Position numbers and translations under genes: made by a program
The notes under the pieces: model-generated
What the model saw: the letters and a program-made list of their open reading frames with translations, nothing else
What the model was told of the DNA's origin: nothing
The model's database searches: none
NCBI GenBank assembly: GCA_964016885.1
Contig: OZ024740.1
Location: forward strand, 123,752,001-123,816,000
Direction: 5' to 3'
Origin: Eledone cirrhosa
Taxonomy: Eukaryota
Length of the DNA: 64,000 nucleotides
Shown: positions 1 to 12,957 of the stretch, in pieces
Position numbering within the stretch: the stretch's first letter is position 1
How the letters are laid out: the number at the start of each line of letters is the position of its first letter

Positions 1-1794
1 CAGGTCATGAAGGTCACAGAAAAAGTAATAGCGTAACTAATCAGAGAGCGAATTGATCTAGACGAAATGCAGTTCGGGTTTGTGTCAGGTAAAAGTACAA
101 CAGACGCTCTTTTCATTGTACGACAACTACAGGAGAAGTACCTAGCTAAAAGTAAACCCATATACTTAGCTTTTGTTGACTTGGAGAAAGCATATGAAAG
201 AGTACCCCGCTCGATTATCTGGTGGGCCCTTAGAAAACTAGGTGTTGATGAATGGCTTGTGAGAGCTATACAAGCCATGTATAAAGAAACAGTCAGCAAG
301 GTTAGAATTAACAACGAATATAGTGAAGAGTTTAGCATAAAAGTTGGTGTTCACCAGGGCTCCGTCCTTAGCCCCCTACTATTTATTATTGCCCTTCAGG
401 CTATAACAGAGGAGTTCAAGACCGGCTGCTCATGGGAACTCCTATATGCAGATGATCTAACGCTCATAGCTGAATCAATGGCTGAACTAGAGAAGAAATT
501 CCAAACATGGAAGCATGGCCTAGAATCAAAAGGCCTCAAATATTAACTTGTCTAAGACTAAAGTTCTAGTTTGTAGGAAGGAAAATAGGGCACCGGTTCC
601 ATCTGGGAAATGGCCATGCTCAGTGTGTAGGAAAGGAGTAGGCAGAAACTCCTTTTTATGTCCCAAATGCAAAGTAAGGGTACTTAAAAGATGTAGTGGG
701 ATCACAGGTAAGCTAACTAAGAATATATGTTTTATACGTGGCCGGTGCTCTGGTGCAATAAGTAGCAGCAAGTCCCCACAGAATACTAACTCATTCCATT
801 GCACAGATGGTTCTATAGAAATAGTGGACAGCTTCTGTTACCTGGGTGATAAAATCAGCAGTGGGGGAGGGTGCTCTGAAAGTACAGTAGCTAGAGTCAG
901 AACGGGATGGAAAAAGTTCAGAGAGCTTATACCACTATTGGTCGCTCGCGGGTTCTCTCTAAAAATGAAAGGCAGGCTGTATGATGCCTGCACACGAACA
1001 ACAATGTTACATGGCAGTGAGACCTGGGCATTGTGTGCTGAGGATATATGCAGACTGGAGAGAAACGAAGCTTGCATGTTCCGCTGGATGTGTAATAGTA
1101 ATATACGTGAATGGCAAAGCATAAACGAACTAAGGGAGAAATTAGAAATAAGAGGGATCAGATGTTGTTTACTCGAGAGAAGACTACGTTGGTATGGTCA
1201 CGTGATGCGCATGAAAGACGACAGCTGTATAAAAAAATGCAGGGCAATAAAAATAGACGGTAGCCACGGAGTAGGCAGACCCAGAAAAACCTGGGACGAC
1301 TTGATAAATTCCGACCTCACACACTTACACCTCTCCAAGACAATGTCACTGGACCGAGATGTTTGGCGCTACAAAGTAATAGAGAAGACCCGCCTTACCT
1401 AAGTGCAAAGTGAAACCTACTACAGTCAGTAGGCACCTCTAACAAAATACACCCCGTCTCACTACCCCCACCCCATCCACACCACCCTTTTCAATGTAAA
1501 GTTATGTTAGTACCACATCATCCAGCCCGAAACAAATGAGGTTGTGTAGGTGTCACGACAAAAATACACACAGTCCACGTTGTAATGTGGCCGTGTAGGT
1601 AAAACGGTAAAAACCTCCCAGTTCAACACTGTAAATGTGGTTGGTGTTAGGAAGGGCATCAAGCCGTAGAAAACCCGCCAGACAGTCCTATGCGAGTAAG
1701 ACAACCACTCTTGCCTCAAGTGGGAAAACTCCCGTCCAAACCCATGCGAGCGTGGAATATTACGTTAAACGAAGATGATGATGATGATGATGAT
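1..1794 (+). mobile_element. RTE-like LINE (family A), runs off window start, frameshifted; RT + PHD-like finger + 3'UTR + (GAT)n tail
   Basis: ORFs 67-546 (GVHQGSVLSPLLF, LLYADD) and 548-1402 (YLG, HGSETW, RRLRWYGHV, GRPRKTW); frameshift near 540; (gat)n tail then (ta)n. Confidence 0.93.
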
Positions 1795-4178
1795 ATATAT
1801 ATCTACAGCTGTAGATATATAAGTATTATTGTATTTTTGGTTTGTGGCTTGTGTTTTTTTTTTTTGTTAGTCATTCCTGCATGTTGACATTTAGCACTAA
1901 ATTACTGAATAGGGTTCTGTTGTGTTTTTTGTATTCTCTATGCAAATATCTAACTATACTCACTTATATTGAAACACATGTACACACATATACCTACTAA
2001 TACATCTATCCATGCAAATGTATGCACATATGCACTGACATGTATATACACATGCATAAAACCACACTTGCACAGACACCTGTGCACATATATAAACACA
2101 TTAGTCCACATAAACCTATATATGTGTGTGTGTGCGTACCTGGTGGATGGTTATAACTGCAATAGAAATATAATTTTAAAAAAATTAACACTATTTAAGA
2201 AATTCTAAATTCCATCTCAAACACAGTTCTAATCAACTATCAGGTGAAATTCATATTCCAAGTATCAGTCATTTCTTGATATACAATAAATTATCTCACT
2301 CCACTATGATCTGTATGTGATTATGTTTTCAAGCTGAAAAACATATGAAACACTTCATGAGGGAGTATTCTTCTCTGAAGATGTTCTGTTGCCCAGTTCT
2401 CCTGATTGTTTTTTTACGACTATACAAATATGTTTACTATAATATTATGTAAATGTGGTTTGCCTGAGGAAGGACATCCAGCTATAGAAACCAAGCCAGA
2501 AATCGTTCTGTATGAGCAAGACATGGTCATCTGATCTGACTTGTCTCATGATAGGACAACTTGTCTAAACCATGCTAGTGTGAAAAATAGACGTTAAACA
2601 GTGATGAGGATATGTAACATTAGACAGTCAGATATTTTGTATCGCAATATTTTAATATTAATATTTATTCTTTTACTATTTAATCTGTTTTATTTATTTC
2701 AGTCATTAGATTGTGACCCTGCATCACTTTAAAGAGATTCCTTTCAAGCTTTATACTTATTTTATTGATTACATTTTTGTGAAATTGCCAGGTTGCATGA
2801 TATAAATACAGATACAGATACAGAGATGCACACATATATACACACAAACACACACTTGACAGGCTCCATCAGTTTCCATGCACTCCAATGGCATTGCTCT
2901 ACATGAGTTTGTCCAAGTTAATGTGCAATGTAACCGAACCTAGAACCATGCAGTTGAGAAGGAAACACCTCAATGAAATAGTCAGATTTGCACTTATATA
3001 TCATATATGATTATATTGTGTTATTTTTACTGTGCCTTTCATTTTTATTTTATTTCTATTGTAATTATTGCATGGTATTATAACTATTTTGTTAGAAGGC
3101 ACATGACACAGTGGTTAGTGTAGTGGAATTGTGAACATAAGGTTGCAGATTTTATTCCTGAACTTGCCAGTGTGTTGTATTCTTGAGCAAAATGATTTAT
3201 TTCATGTTTCTTCTTCTGCCAGGAGTTGTGACCAGCAGATAATATCAGCAATGGAAAGCTGCTTCCTTTCTCTGATATGTTGCTAGATTTCTGCTTTCCT
3301 TTTGTTTCTGATATATGATAACAATAATATGAAAAAGATGATACTAGAAAGAACAGGAAACAAATCCAATGACAAAATGTAAAGAACACAATTTTATGCA
3401 AACACAATATATAGCTGTGGAATATGGCAATATTATAATATAGAACAACTAACTTATTTATGATACATACCCACATAAGTATGTATGTAAATATATGCAT
3501 GTGTGTGCACATGAATCTGAGTGTACACACGTATCAATGGGTGGATAAATGTATGAATAAGGCAGAGAACGCTTTTCAGGTGAGTCAATATCTGACAACC
3601 TCCCCAGTACTTGTGTCACAAAAGCACACACCAAGACAAAATAAACATTAACGTTAACTTAAACTTTTAAACTGGACAGACAAAAAAAATCTAAATAGAT
3701 TAAAAATTTATACACAAAACAAAACATTATATAAATGAATTAAAGAAAATTTTCTTAAATAATTAAACCAAATTATCAAACAATAAAACAAATAGAATAA
3801 AAATTAGTGAAATGAATATGGAATTTACTCAACTGAAACTCCATGCACTCTTTCTTTGATTAACTTAAAATAAATTAGCTTATAGCCGAAGTAGAATCAG
3901 GTGATTTAACACTGCCCACTTCCTGCTTTTTCAAAACAATTTGTCACCCCACATCCTTGACATTTAGCTTAACATGCTTCTAATGAAATAAAGTTAAGCA
4001 CTAAAATTTATATGTATACATATATATAAATTTATTCAAGTATATATTGGTTAATAATCGACATTTCAGTATGCAGAGTAGAGCATTTGATGAAGTGTAC
4101 AGGTGGGTCTGTTTACTCAGGTGTATATCTATAAATATAAATCAACTGGTTAAAGTTAACTTCATTTATTCATAGTTG

Positions 4179-4235
4179 CTGTTATATATATTTCAGTGAT
4201 AACCATTATGCAACACCCATGACCTCATCAGACAA
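4179..4235 (-). ncRNA. Minimal type I hammerhead ribozyme motif
   Basis: Minus strand: ttgt CTGATGA ggtcatg...tatcact GAAA tatata TA acag; short stem I, palindromic loop III. Confidence 0.6.
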
Positions 4236-4394
4236 ATAGAATTTAAACAGAAAAAATTGAAAAACATAAAGATGAAATAAAGCTTTCTTCTATTGTTTCG
4301 ATTCATTGATATGCTCCGGGCTGCATTTTGTGTTGCTTTCTGAAGGCTACTTACATGTATACATATAATTATATATTATTATTAACATAAAGGA

Positions 4395-4615
4395 GAGGGC
4401 AGTTTATTTGCAGTAGTGGTAGAGTGTTGGACAATATGCTCTATGACATAGGGTAGCGCCTCTGTACGACCTGAGTTCAAATCCTGCAATGGTTAGCTTT
4501 ACCTTTCATCCTTACAGCAGTCGATAAAGCACCAGTAATGCACTGGAGTCGATTTAATTGACTTTCCTCTCCTTCTAAATTGCTGGCCTCATGCCTAAAG
4601 TAGAAACAATTATTA
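4395..4615 (+). mobile_element. tRNA-derived SINE family 2, degenerate; other copies near 9025-9212(+), 14315-14515(+), 15170-15370(-), 23352-23450(+), 25975-26190(-), 40645-40745(-), 49463-49615(+)
   Basis: B-box-like gagttcaaatcc followed by recurring motif ggttaactttgcctttcatccttacggggtcgataaaataaagtaccag and gctggccttgtgcc...agaaacaattatt end. Confidence 0.7.
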
Positions 4616-4762
4616 ACATAAATGAAACTTTACTGAAGTATCACAAGTCGTGACTTTCCAATTGCTGACAAGCGAAGTAAGATCAAAACCTGCTTCGGGA
4701 AACTTGGTGTACCTAGGAAGGTATCCACCAGTTTGCCATGTATCTTATACAATATTGTATAT

Positions 4763-5798
4763 ATCATCATCATCATCATCATCATCAACGTTTAACGTCC
4801 GTGTTCCACGCTTGCATGGGTTTGGACGGGGGTAGTCCCACTTGAGGCAAGAGTGATTGTCTTGCTCGCATAGGACTGTCTGGCAGGTTTTCTACAGTTG
4901 GATGCCCTTCCTAACACCAACCACATTTACAGTGTGGGTCTGGGAGGTGTTTACCGTGTTGCCTACACGGCCACATTACAGCGTGGACTGTGTGTTTTTT
5001 TGTCGTGACACCTACACGATCTCTTTTGTTTCGGCCTCGATGGCGCAGCACCAACATAACTTTACATAGAACGGGGTGGTGTGGATGGGGTGGGGGTGGT
5101 GGGGGTGGGATGGGGTGTATTTTGTTAGAGATGCCTACTGGCTGGAGTAGGTTTTACTATATATTTAGGTAAGGCGGGTCTTCTCTGTTACTGAGTACCG
5201 CCAAAGGTCTCGGTCCAGTGACATTGTCTTGGAGAGGTGTAAGTGTGTGATGTCGGAGTTTATCAGCTCGTCCCAGGTTTTTCTAGGTCTGCCTATTCCG
5301 TGACTACCGTCTATCTTTATTGCCCTGCACTTTGTTATACAGCTATCGACTTTCATGCGCATCACGTGTCCATACCAACGTAGCCTTCTCTCGAGTAAAC
5401 AACATCTGATCCCTCTTATCTCTAATTTTTTCCTTAGTTCGTTTATGCTTTGCCGTTCACGTATATTATTGTTACACATCCAGCGGAGCATGCAAGCTTC
5501 ATTCCTCTCTAGTCTGTGTATATCCTCTGCACACAATGCCCAGGTCTCACTGCCATGCAGCATTGCTGTTCGTATGCAGGCATCGTACAACCTGCCTTTC
5601 ATTTTTAGGGAGAACCCTTTAGCAGCTAATAGTGGTATAAGCTCTCTGAACTTTTTCCAACCAGTTCTGACTCTAGCTACAGTACTTTCAGAGCACCCTC
5701 CCCCACTGCTGATTTTATCGCCCAGGTAACGGAAGCTGTCCACTATTTCTATAGAACCCTCTGCGCAATTGAAAGAGCTAGTATTTTGTGGGCACTTG
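4763..5798 (-). mobile_element. RTE-like LINE family A, 5'-truncated copy
   Basis: ORF 5165-5743 nearly identical to C-terminus of 56907-58049; same 3'UTR; (atc)n tail at 4763; (ta)n abuts 5' end. Confidence 0.93.
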
Positions 5799-6839
5799 AT
5801 ATATATATATATATATATATGGTTGCTTTAATTAAAAAGCTTCAAAATTCAGATAAAGACATCTTATAGACTGAAGAAGGTACCCAGTGGTAGTTATGAA
5901 AAATCAACATCCATATTTTTCAAATACCAATGAGTTAAACGGCTCTAACAACAGTTACTTATTAAATTAGAAGCTAAATCAAACAGCTTTAAAATGCAAA
6001 CAACAATGAAGAATGTAAAATGAAATCTCCCACTTCCAAAGAAAACTGAGGACAACAAATCTCACATGCATAAGTTGTTAGGCCTCCATCAGTATCAAAC
6101 ACATGTGTTCCAGTTGGTCAAATAATAGAATAGCAGCCAGTGAAATTAATGTGCAAGTGACTGAGGAGAATTCAAACTAACACAAGCATTTTTAAGATAG
6201 TTCACAATGTGTGATAAAACTGTCTCTCTGAAATACAAATACAATGCATTTTTTACAGTTGAGTGGACTGGAGAAATATGAAATAAAGTGTTTTGCTCAA
6301 GGACCTTCTCTACTACAGGAAATTAAATTCATGACCTTGTGTTTGTGAACTGAAAAGCCTAACTACTAAATCATGTGCCATTACACAAACAAGAAAAATT
6401 CCCCATTATATTATGAGGAAAAATACATGGAACCTAGAGTGAGTTCATACAAACACAAGAATAATTTCACCTGTTTATGTTATTGACGAAGTCATAGGGC
6501 ATAACAAAAAGACTTTGACACATTCATTGAATGAACGAATTAGTTAATTATCTATTTAATTATGTAAGTAACTAATTAGTTATTTGATGCCAGAGTGATG
6601 AAACAAGATAACAGGCAGCTAAATTCACTACCTTCAATTTTCTTTTCATGCCTACCCTTAGCTAATGTCAAAAATCTTGAGTAATACCTGAAAAATGACA
6701 ATCACAAATACAAGCAACTGGAATAGGGTTCCTCCAGAGTGTCTTTGGCGTAATGTTACTCGATAGTCTCTATAGCTCGGAAATCAAGAACTCACTCCGG
6801 GTAAAGCCATTACTTTTCTGTATCATGAAATCACATTTC

Positions 6840-7095
6840 TAGTAATAAGGACATGTGGGTAGAATGTCAAAGGAAAGAATCACTGGCCAAATTGTATGGG
6901 CAAAGCGAACTGGCAGGAGACCTAGAAGCAGACTAGAAGAAAGCTGGTTGGGTGACATCCATGAGCTCAATTGCTTTCGTTTGGAGATACAGTCATGTCA
7001 TTTGGCAATTGTTGCTTCTTAGAGGAACTTCTGGAATGAGTGCCTGAGTATTCTGGTCCTACAACCCTCTGAAGAAGAAGTGGGCAAAGAAGAAG
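6840..7095 (+). mobile_element. Decayed RTE 3' fragment with (GAA)n tail
   Basis: Remnant of GRRP-GRPR..W motif; gaagaagaag tail; similar to 34808-35770. Confidence 0.5.
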
Positions 7096-7389
7096 TTTAT
7101 TTACAGAAAAACCCTTCCTAAGTTTAACATACACATACATGTTAATATCCGGAGAAGGTTATAACTAGCCCATATTAAAATGGTCTTCTACAAAGATGAA
7201 GCTGTGTACTAGGTTTCTGCTTTCTTATTTATACAGGAAACAACTTTAATACACATCTAAGAACTTTTCAGAAGTTCAGATGTTCCTTTATATTTGTTTG
7301 CATAGACTGAATGTCTTTAGTTTTTCTACAAGTATATATCCTTTTCTTATTTTTAAATATTTGGCATGCAACTGTGACATGATATCACA

Positions 7390-7860
7390 TTAGCACAATA
7401 AAGCTGTAGCACGAAACAAGTGTATAAAGTGTGATGCTGCATGGTAGAGAAACATGGACTGTGACTTCAGAGCACATGTTGACTGGAGAGAAATGAAGCA
7501 ACCATGCTCTGTTGGATGTGCAATGTGAGTGCAAGAGAATGGCAGAGCTTAGACGAGTTGAGGGAGAAGCTGGGTTTAAGAGGAATCCGAAGAGGTGTGC
7601 AGGAGAGAAGACTATTAGTGTGGACAGGTGATGCTCATGGACGATAATGGTTGGGTAAAGAAGTGCCACGAAATGCCAGTGGAAGGAAGCCACGATAGAA
7701 GTAGACCAAGACCTGGGCAGTGGTTGTGAGAGCTGACCTCAAATTATTGAGACTCACAGTGGAGATGATAAAGGATCACTACAAATGGAGAGATGCCATG
7801 CTGAGTAGAATCCTTGCAACCCATGCAAACAAGGAAAAATCATGTAAAAATCATGAAGAT
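7390..7860 (+). mobile_element. Decayed RTE 3' fragment
   Basis: gtgatgctgcatggtagagaaacatgg encodes MLHG(S/R)ETW; RPR..W remnant; RTE-type 3' end. Confidence 0.65.
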
Positions 7861-7888
7861 ATATAAATATATATGTGTGTGTATCCCA

Positions 7889-8858
7889 GGTTCAATTGGG
7901 GGTAACCACAGTCAGCACAGTACTCAATACATAGCAGAGTATAATGTTTAAGAAAGAAATGGCTTTTACAGGACTAGAACTGTTTCATTCGAAGTTGGTG
8001 TATCTCAAGCAACATGTTTATAGTTATTGTGGGTTGTGTAGATGTTACAGTTGCATGTAGTTCCTGGTGGTGTTATGTAATTGAAGATTGAGGAGTAAGC
8101 TAGATGTGGAGTGAGTGAGCTATAAGCAGCTTGCAAGAAGAAGTAATGAAGAAATCATAGTTAGAAGAAATGCTTGAGATAAATCTTACTAAAATAGTAA
8201 GTAATTTGTGTTTTATTGTTTGTTAGGATATAAAATATGATGAAAATTAATGAAAATGAAAACAAATGAAAAACAAATTTAAAACTAGGTGGTGGTATAA
8301 TGACTAAAATTAATATTCGCTGTGGGCTGGTACGTGGCTACTGTGTAGAAGCCTTGTTGCTGGGTTAGTATGGATAGCTAAAACTTTCAGATGTAAAATC
8401 TTTCATCAAACTCTGTTCAATTTGACAAACCTTTTACATGTCAGAGTATGTGCACAGATGTTTCCAGGTTTTCAAGTCACTCCAACAGATCAGGGTTGAT
8501 GTTTTCTTCCTAATGAAATGTGTTTCTGCTATTCAGAGGCTGATTGCATCTGTTTGCTCATCAATCACTTTTCGTTGTTATGTTTCTTCCACATTCCTGC
8601 TTGAGTTAGAACATTGTGCTCACTAGTGTTGTTTTTTCAAATTGCTCCTTCACTCTGTGGTGTAACTTTTGCTATGTGGAGATGATGTAGTGAACATTTT
8701 AGTAAGATTTATCTTGATCTTGTGTTTCAACTATAATTTCTTCCTCTTTTTTCTTTCCTATAGCTAACTGAACCTAGGCCTAGCTTACCCTTCAATCCTC
8801 ACTTATGTAACACTAGCAGGGGCTACACACAGCTATAACATCTACACAAACCACGATA
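7889..8858 (-). mobile_element. Decayed Penelope-like element: GIY-YIG C-terminus, inverted partial pLTR, tail
   Basis: Minus-strand translation ~8672-8490 gives KLHHRVKEQ...VIDEQTDAISL*IAETHFIRKKTSTLI (R..EH and E..I....P.LN pattern); inverted repeat ~8025-8200 vs ~8695-8858; tail tatactctgctatgtattgagtact at 7920-7942. Confidence 0.6.
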
Positions 8859-11003
8859 CACACGTGCACACACACATATATATGCATATATATACAAAGT
8901 GGATAGGAAATCACTTTGAAGAAATGTGTGTGTGTGTGTGTGTGTGTTCATGCAAACAAATCACAGAGGCAATTTGAAACCTAAATTGAATTAGTAGCTT
9001 TCGCTGTATTATTAAAATAATTTGAGGATTGGTAGTATCAGTAGAAGGTCAGGCGCCATGCTTTGCAGCATAGAGTTACAGCCCTTTGCGGTCTGAGTTC
9101 AAATCCCGCTGAGGTTAATTTTGCCTTTCATCCTTACAGGGTTGACAAAACAAAACACTAGTATTGTACTGGGATAATTGCTGGCCTAGTACCAAATATA
9201 GAAACAATTATTAAAATAGTTTACTAAGGGGACTTATAAACTCCATTAACAGAAAAAAATGGAGATCAACACACATACACCCATACCCTCACACATATAT
9301 CATTATATTTGGGGATGGTTATTTTGCTGGGTTATTTTGTCACACGTTCTGTAATCTTACAAATAGTCATTTAGGATATCACAGAATGTATGAGGAAAGA
9401 GATTTGACAAAATAACCAAGAACTAAAGTGGTCGTATAGGAGTCATGACAAAAAGCACTCAGACCACACACTGTAAATGTGGTTGGTGTCCAGAAGGGCC
9501 TCCAGCCATAGAAACCAAGCCAGAAACAGTTCTGTGTGTGCAAGACACTGTCACCTGACACAATTTGCTTTAAACAGGCCAACCAGTCTAAGCCATTCTA
9601 GCATGGAAAATTGATGTTAAACGATGGTGATGATGATTATATATGTATATATATTCTTGTTCTTTCATTTTACATTTCATGCTTGCATAGGGTGGTCAAA
9701 ATCTGAAGCCTCATTTTCGTTTCATGGAGGTTAAATGAAATAGAACAAGTAATAATTTATATATGCATGTGTGTGTCAGTATATATATGCACATAACATA
9801 CTTACATAATTGGTATGAGATTATTTAGACTGACTCAAAAACAACATGAGATAGTTATTGAAATTAACATGTTATATGTCTGGGGTACATACATATTTCT
9901 GGCAGCTGGATGTATATTAAATACAACCAGAAACTCTAACAGCTAAAGAGAATTAAAAGATATTCAGGTTGAACTAAAGGACATACAATTGTAAAACAGA
10001 ATACATAAATCACAAGGTGTAAATATTAAATTGGAATGTCAATGAATTCAAATTTCTTCTCTTTGTTTAGAGATAACCTACAGCAAAGTGCAACAACAAG
10101 TTTTGATTTAACCTCTGCTTGGAGCTATAAATTATATTTCTCAAATTCTAGAAAAATATATGTACTTCACAGAAACAAGAGAAGAACTCAATAAGCAAAT
10201 TTATTTTCAGCTTCCCTGTTTTCTTTCTCCAAATTGTCTTTTTTGTCTGAATTTATCTAATTTTTTATCATCATCATCATCACCATCTTCAAGGTTTGAA
10301 GTGAGATCAGATGTCCTACTCATATTTTCGAGTTTGGCATAGTTTCAATAGCTGAAAGGCCTTTATAATGCTAACCACTTTACAGCTTGAATTGCATGCA
10401 TTTTATCATGGCATCAGTAATACCACTTTACAGAGTATACTGGATGCATTTTTTTGTGATACTGACACAATCACTTTACTGAGTGGTCAAGGTGCATTTT
10501 ATCATCATTATCACCTTTTTGTCACCATTCAACATCAGTTTTCCCTGCTAGCAAGGGTTGAACAAGCCATACCAGACAAGCCAGTACTTAATCAGAGCTA
10601 TTATTTCATTTTGCTTACATATGTTCCTGCAATCTACAGAGTGCATTTTAGCATGTTTTCTACAGTTGTAAGCCCTTCCTATCACCAACCACCTTACAAT
10701 GTACTGGTTGTGTTTTATCATGGCAACAGCTCTAGCTAGTGAGGTTGTCAAAAATTGGCTTCTTTGAAGAGCCCTCTTTACCTTATGAGAGATTAGGATA
10801 GGAGATAGGCTGGTGGAATAGAATGGGAATAGGGAAGGAATATAATTATATGTGTAAGGGACAAAAGGTGTCAGTGGGGATAATGACACAAATTCACACA
10901 CTGTATACAGGGTTTATTAATTCCTGATGGAGTCACAGAGAAGCTGTCATGATATGCAATCTGTCTTGTGCAGTTTAAAACTGTTGGAGGTTAATTTTCT
11001 CCA

Positions 11004-11045
<42 letters not shown>

Positions 11046-11053
<8 letters not shown>

Positions 11054-11328
11054 ATACTTTGGGGGGGGGGGGGGGTCATGCTGCCATTAAAAACACATGC
11101 ACCTTTTGGTTTTCATTTCAGTTTTTTATCAATTTCCGGTTGGTTGGTTTAAAATAAAACCCTAGTCACTGAGGAGGTCACAGAATGTGTGATAGCTTTG
11201 ACAATATATAAAAAACCACCCAGTTATTGAACCAACCAATCAACCAGAAATTTATAATGAACTGAGTGAAAACCAACAGGTGTGAGTGTTTTTATTGGCA
11301 GCATGACCCTCCCAAAGTATAACAATAT
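11046..11328 (+). mobile_element. Fold-back (inverted-repeat) element with central degenerate hammerhead
   Basis: Arms attgttatactttggg..gtcatgctgcc / ggcagcatgaccctcccaaagtataacaat; centre gtca CTGAGGA ggtcaca-gaatg-tgtga..agctt tgac; (ta)n on left. Confidence 0.75.
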
Positions 11329-11405
11329 CTGTTTCAGCATACATTTTCAGAAGAAATCTTGCAAAATAAATTCAAAAACGAAATAGCGGTTGCAAGTGGA
11401 GGAGA

Positions 11406-11451
11406 GATCGTCCTGATAAGAACCAGTTAAGTTTGAAATGCATTGACGATT
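11406..11451 (+). ncRNA. Minimal hammerhead ribozyme motif (one core substitution)
   Basis: atcgtc CTGATAA gaac-cagttaa-gttt GAAA tgca TT gacgat; followed by actccaccagagt tail-like hairpin at 11471. Confidence 0.65.
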
Positions 11452-12245
11452 GTCCCCCTTGCTTTACTGGACTCCACCAGAGTGTGATAGCCCTGGCGTT
11501 TTGCATAGCTACAGCTTTCTAAATGTTTATCCATAAACATCCCGTATTCTTTAGAAATACGAAATTTCAATACAAGTCTGTATACAGCTATGCATGAAGC
11601 TAAATCTTAATTCTATTCTATATATAAATATATATATGCATACATATATATATACACACCATACATACTCCAGTAATAGTCGATCTCTTGTAAAGTCATC
11701 CCCTTATTTTTTGCCCAAAATCTGGTATTTTCCATAGATCTCATATAAAAGTATTTCATGGATAACAGGTCAATATTTGTAGGTCAAGGTATCATCCTGC
11801 ACATAAAAATTACAATGTTACAAAATCGTCAAAAATTTAAGGCAAATTTATATTATTACAAATACATATCAGAAACTAAAATTTACCCAAACCCGTCCCT
11901 AGTTTACTGTAGCCTATTGTACAATGGCAATAGATATATTACCCATGGTGATATACAGTGATTATGAGATATAAATTGATTGCACTAAGCTAGTCTGTTG
12001 AGTTTGATGGATACATATCAAAGAGCAGCCTTGTTTATAGATTTTGTTATTTACTAGGACATATGTTTTGATGAATAGAATCGGTAATATTACTGTAATT
12101 CATTTTTCTTTTGTGTTTATTCATTTAGAGATCAGCTGGGCTTCTGCTACTGATGCTGTACTTTGGATTCTAGCTTGTATTTCAAGCCTCTCAAAAGTAG
12201 TATTCATGAAAACATTAGACATTTACACGAGTATATATAGTGTAA

Positions 12246-12279
<34 letters not shown>

Positions 12280-12409
12280 CATTTCATCATTTCATTTTAT
12301 GTCCGCTTTTCCCTGCTTGCAAGGGTGGGACGGGAACTGATTCTGGCTTGATTTCTACAGCTGGATGCCCTTCCTAACACCAACCTCATATATATATATA
12401 TATATATAA

Positions 12410-12720
12410 AAAGGTGCATGGCTTAGTGGTTAGAGTGTTGGCCTTGCAATTGAGAGGTTGAAAATTTGATTCTCTGAACAAGTGATGCGTTGTGAGCTTG
12501 AGTAAGCTGTAGAAATGAGTTGTGATGTCACTGGTGCCAAGCCATATCAAACATTGCCTTTGCCTTGGACAACAACGGTAGCAGGGAGAAGGGAGTCTGG
12601 TATGCATGGGCAACTGCTGGTCTTCCACAAACAAATCTTGCCCTGGTTTGTGTCTCAGAAGGAAACTTTCTAGGTGCAAAACTATCGTCATTAGTGACTA
12701 ATGGGGGCTTTTAAAGATAT
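12410..12720 (+). mobile_element. tRNA/CORE-type SINE; related copies near 3090-3230(+), 6140-6380(-), 37825-38030(+), 59070-59370(+)
   Basis: A box tggcttagtgg, degenerate B box, ttgagcaag-type core, shared body gatgtcactggtgccaagc...ggaaactttctaggtgcaaaa. Confidence 0.7.
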
Positions 12721-12735
12721 ATATATATAAAGAAA

Positions 12736-12921
12736 CAAAGAAGGTATGATAAGATACCAGGTGGACCATAACGAACCAGAGTACTCGATACTTAGGGTAG
12801 TAGAGTGGGTAATAGGAAAAGAGTCAGGATCCCGACAGCCGAGCTCCAGCCATTCCAACAGCTAGTTCGGATCTAGCTGTCATAACAGCTGGAGCCCAGC
12901 TGTCAGGGTCCTTACTCTTTT

Positions 12922-12957
<36 letters not shown>

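Noticed and set aside
1969-3651. Short ORFs rich in YI/CV/HT (also many others across the window)
   Set aside because: Translations of TA/CA microsatellite-like DNA with no domain motifs
5866-5910. ctgaaga...gaaa hammerhead-like spacing
   Set aside because: No convincing stem I or stem III/cleavage site
10918-10965. ctgatgg agtcacag..ctgtca hammerhead-like remnant
   Set aside because: Too many core changes to support
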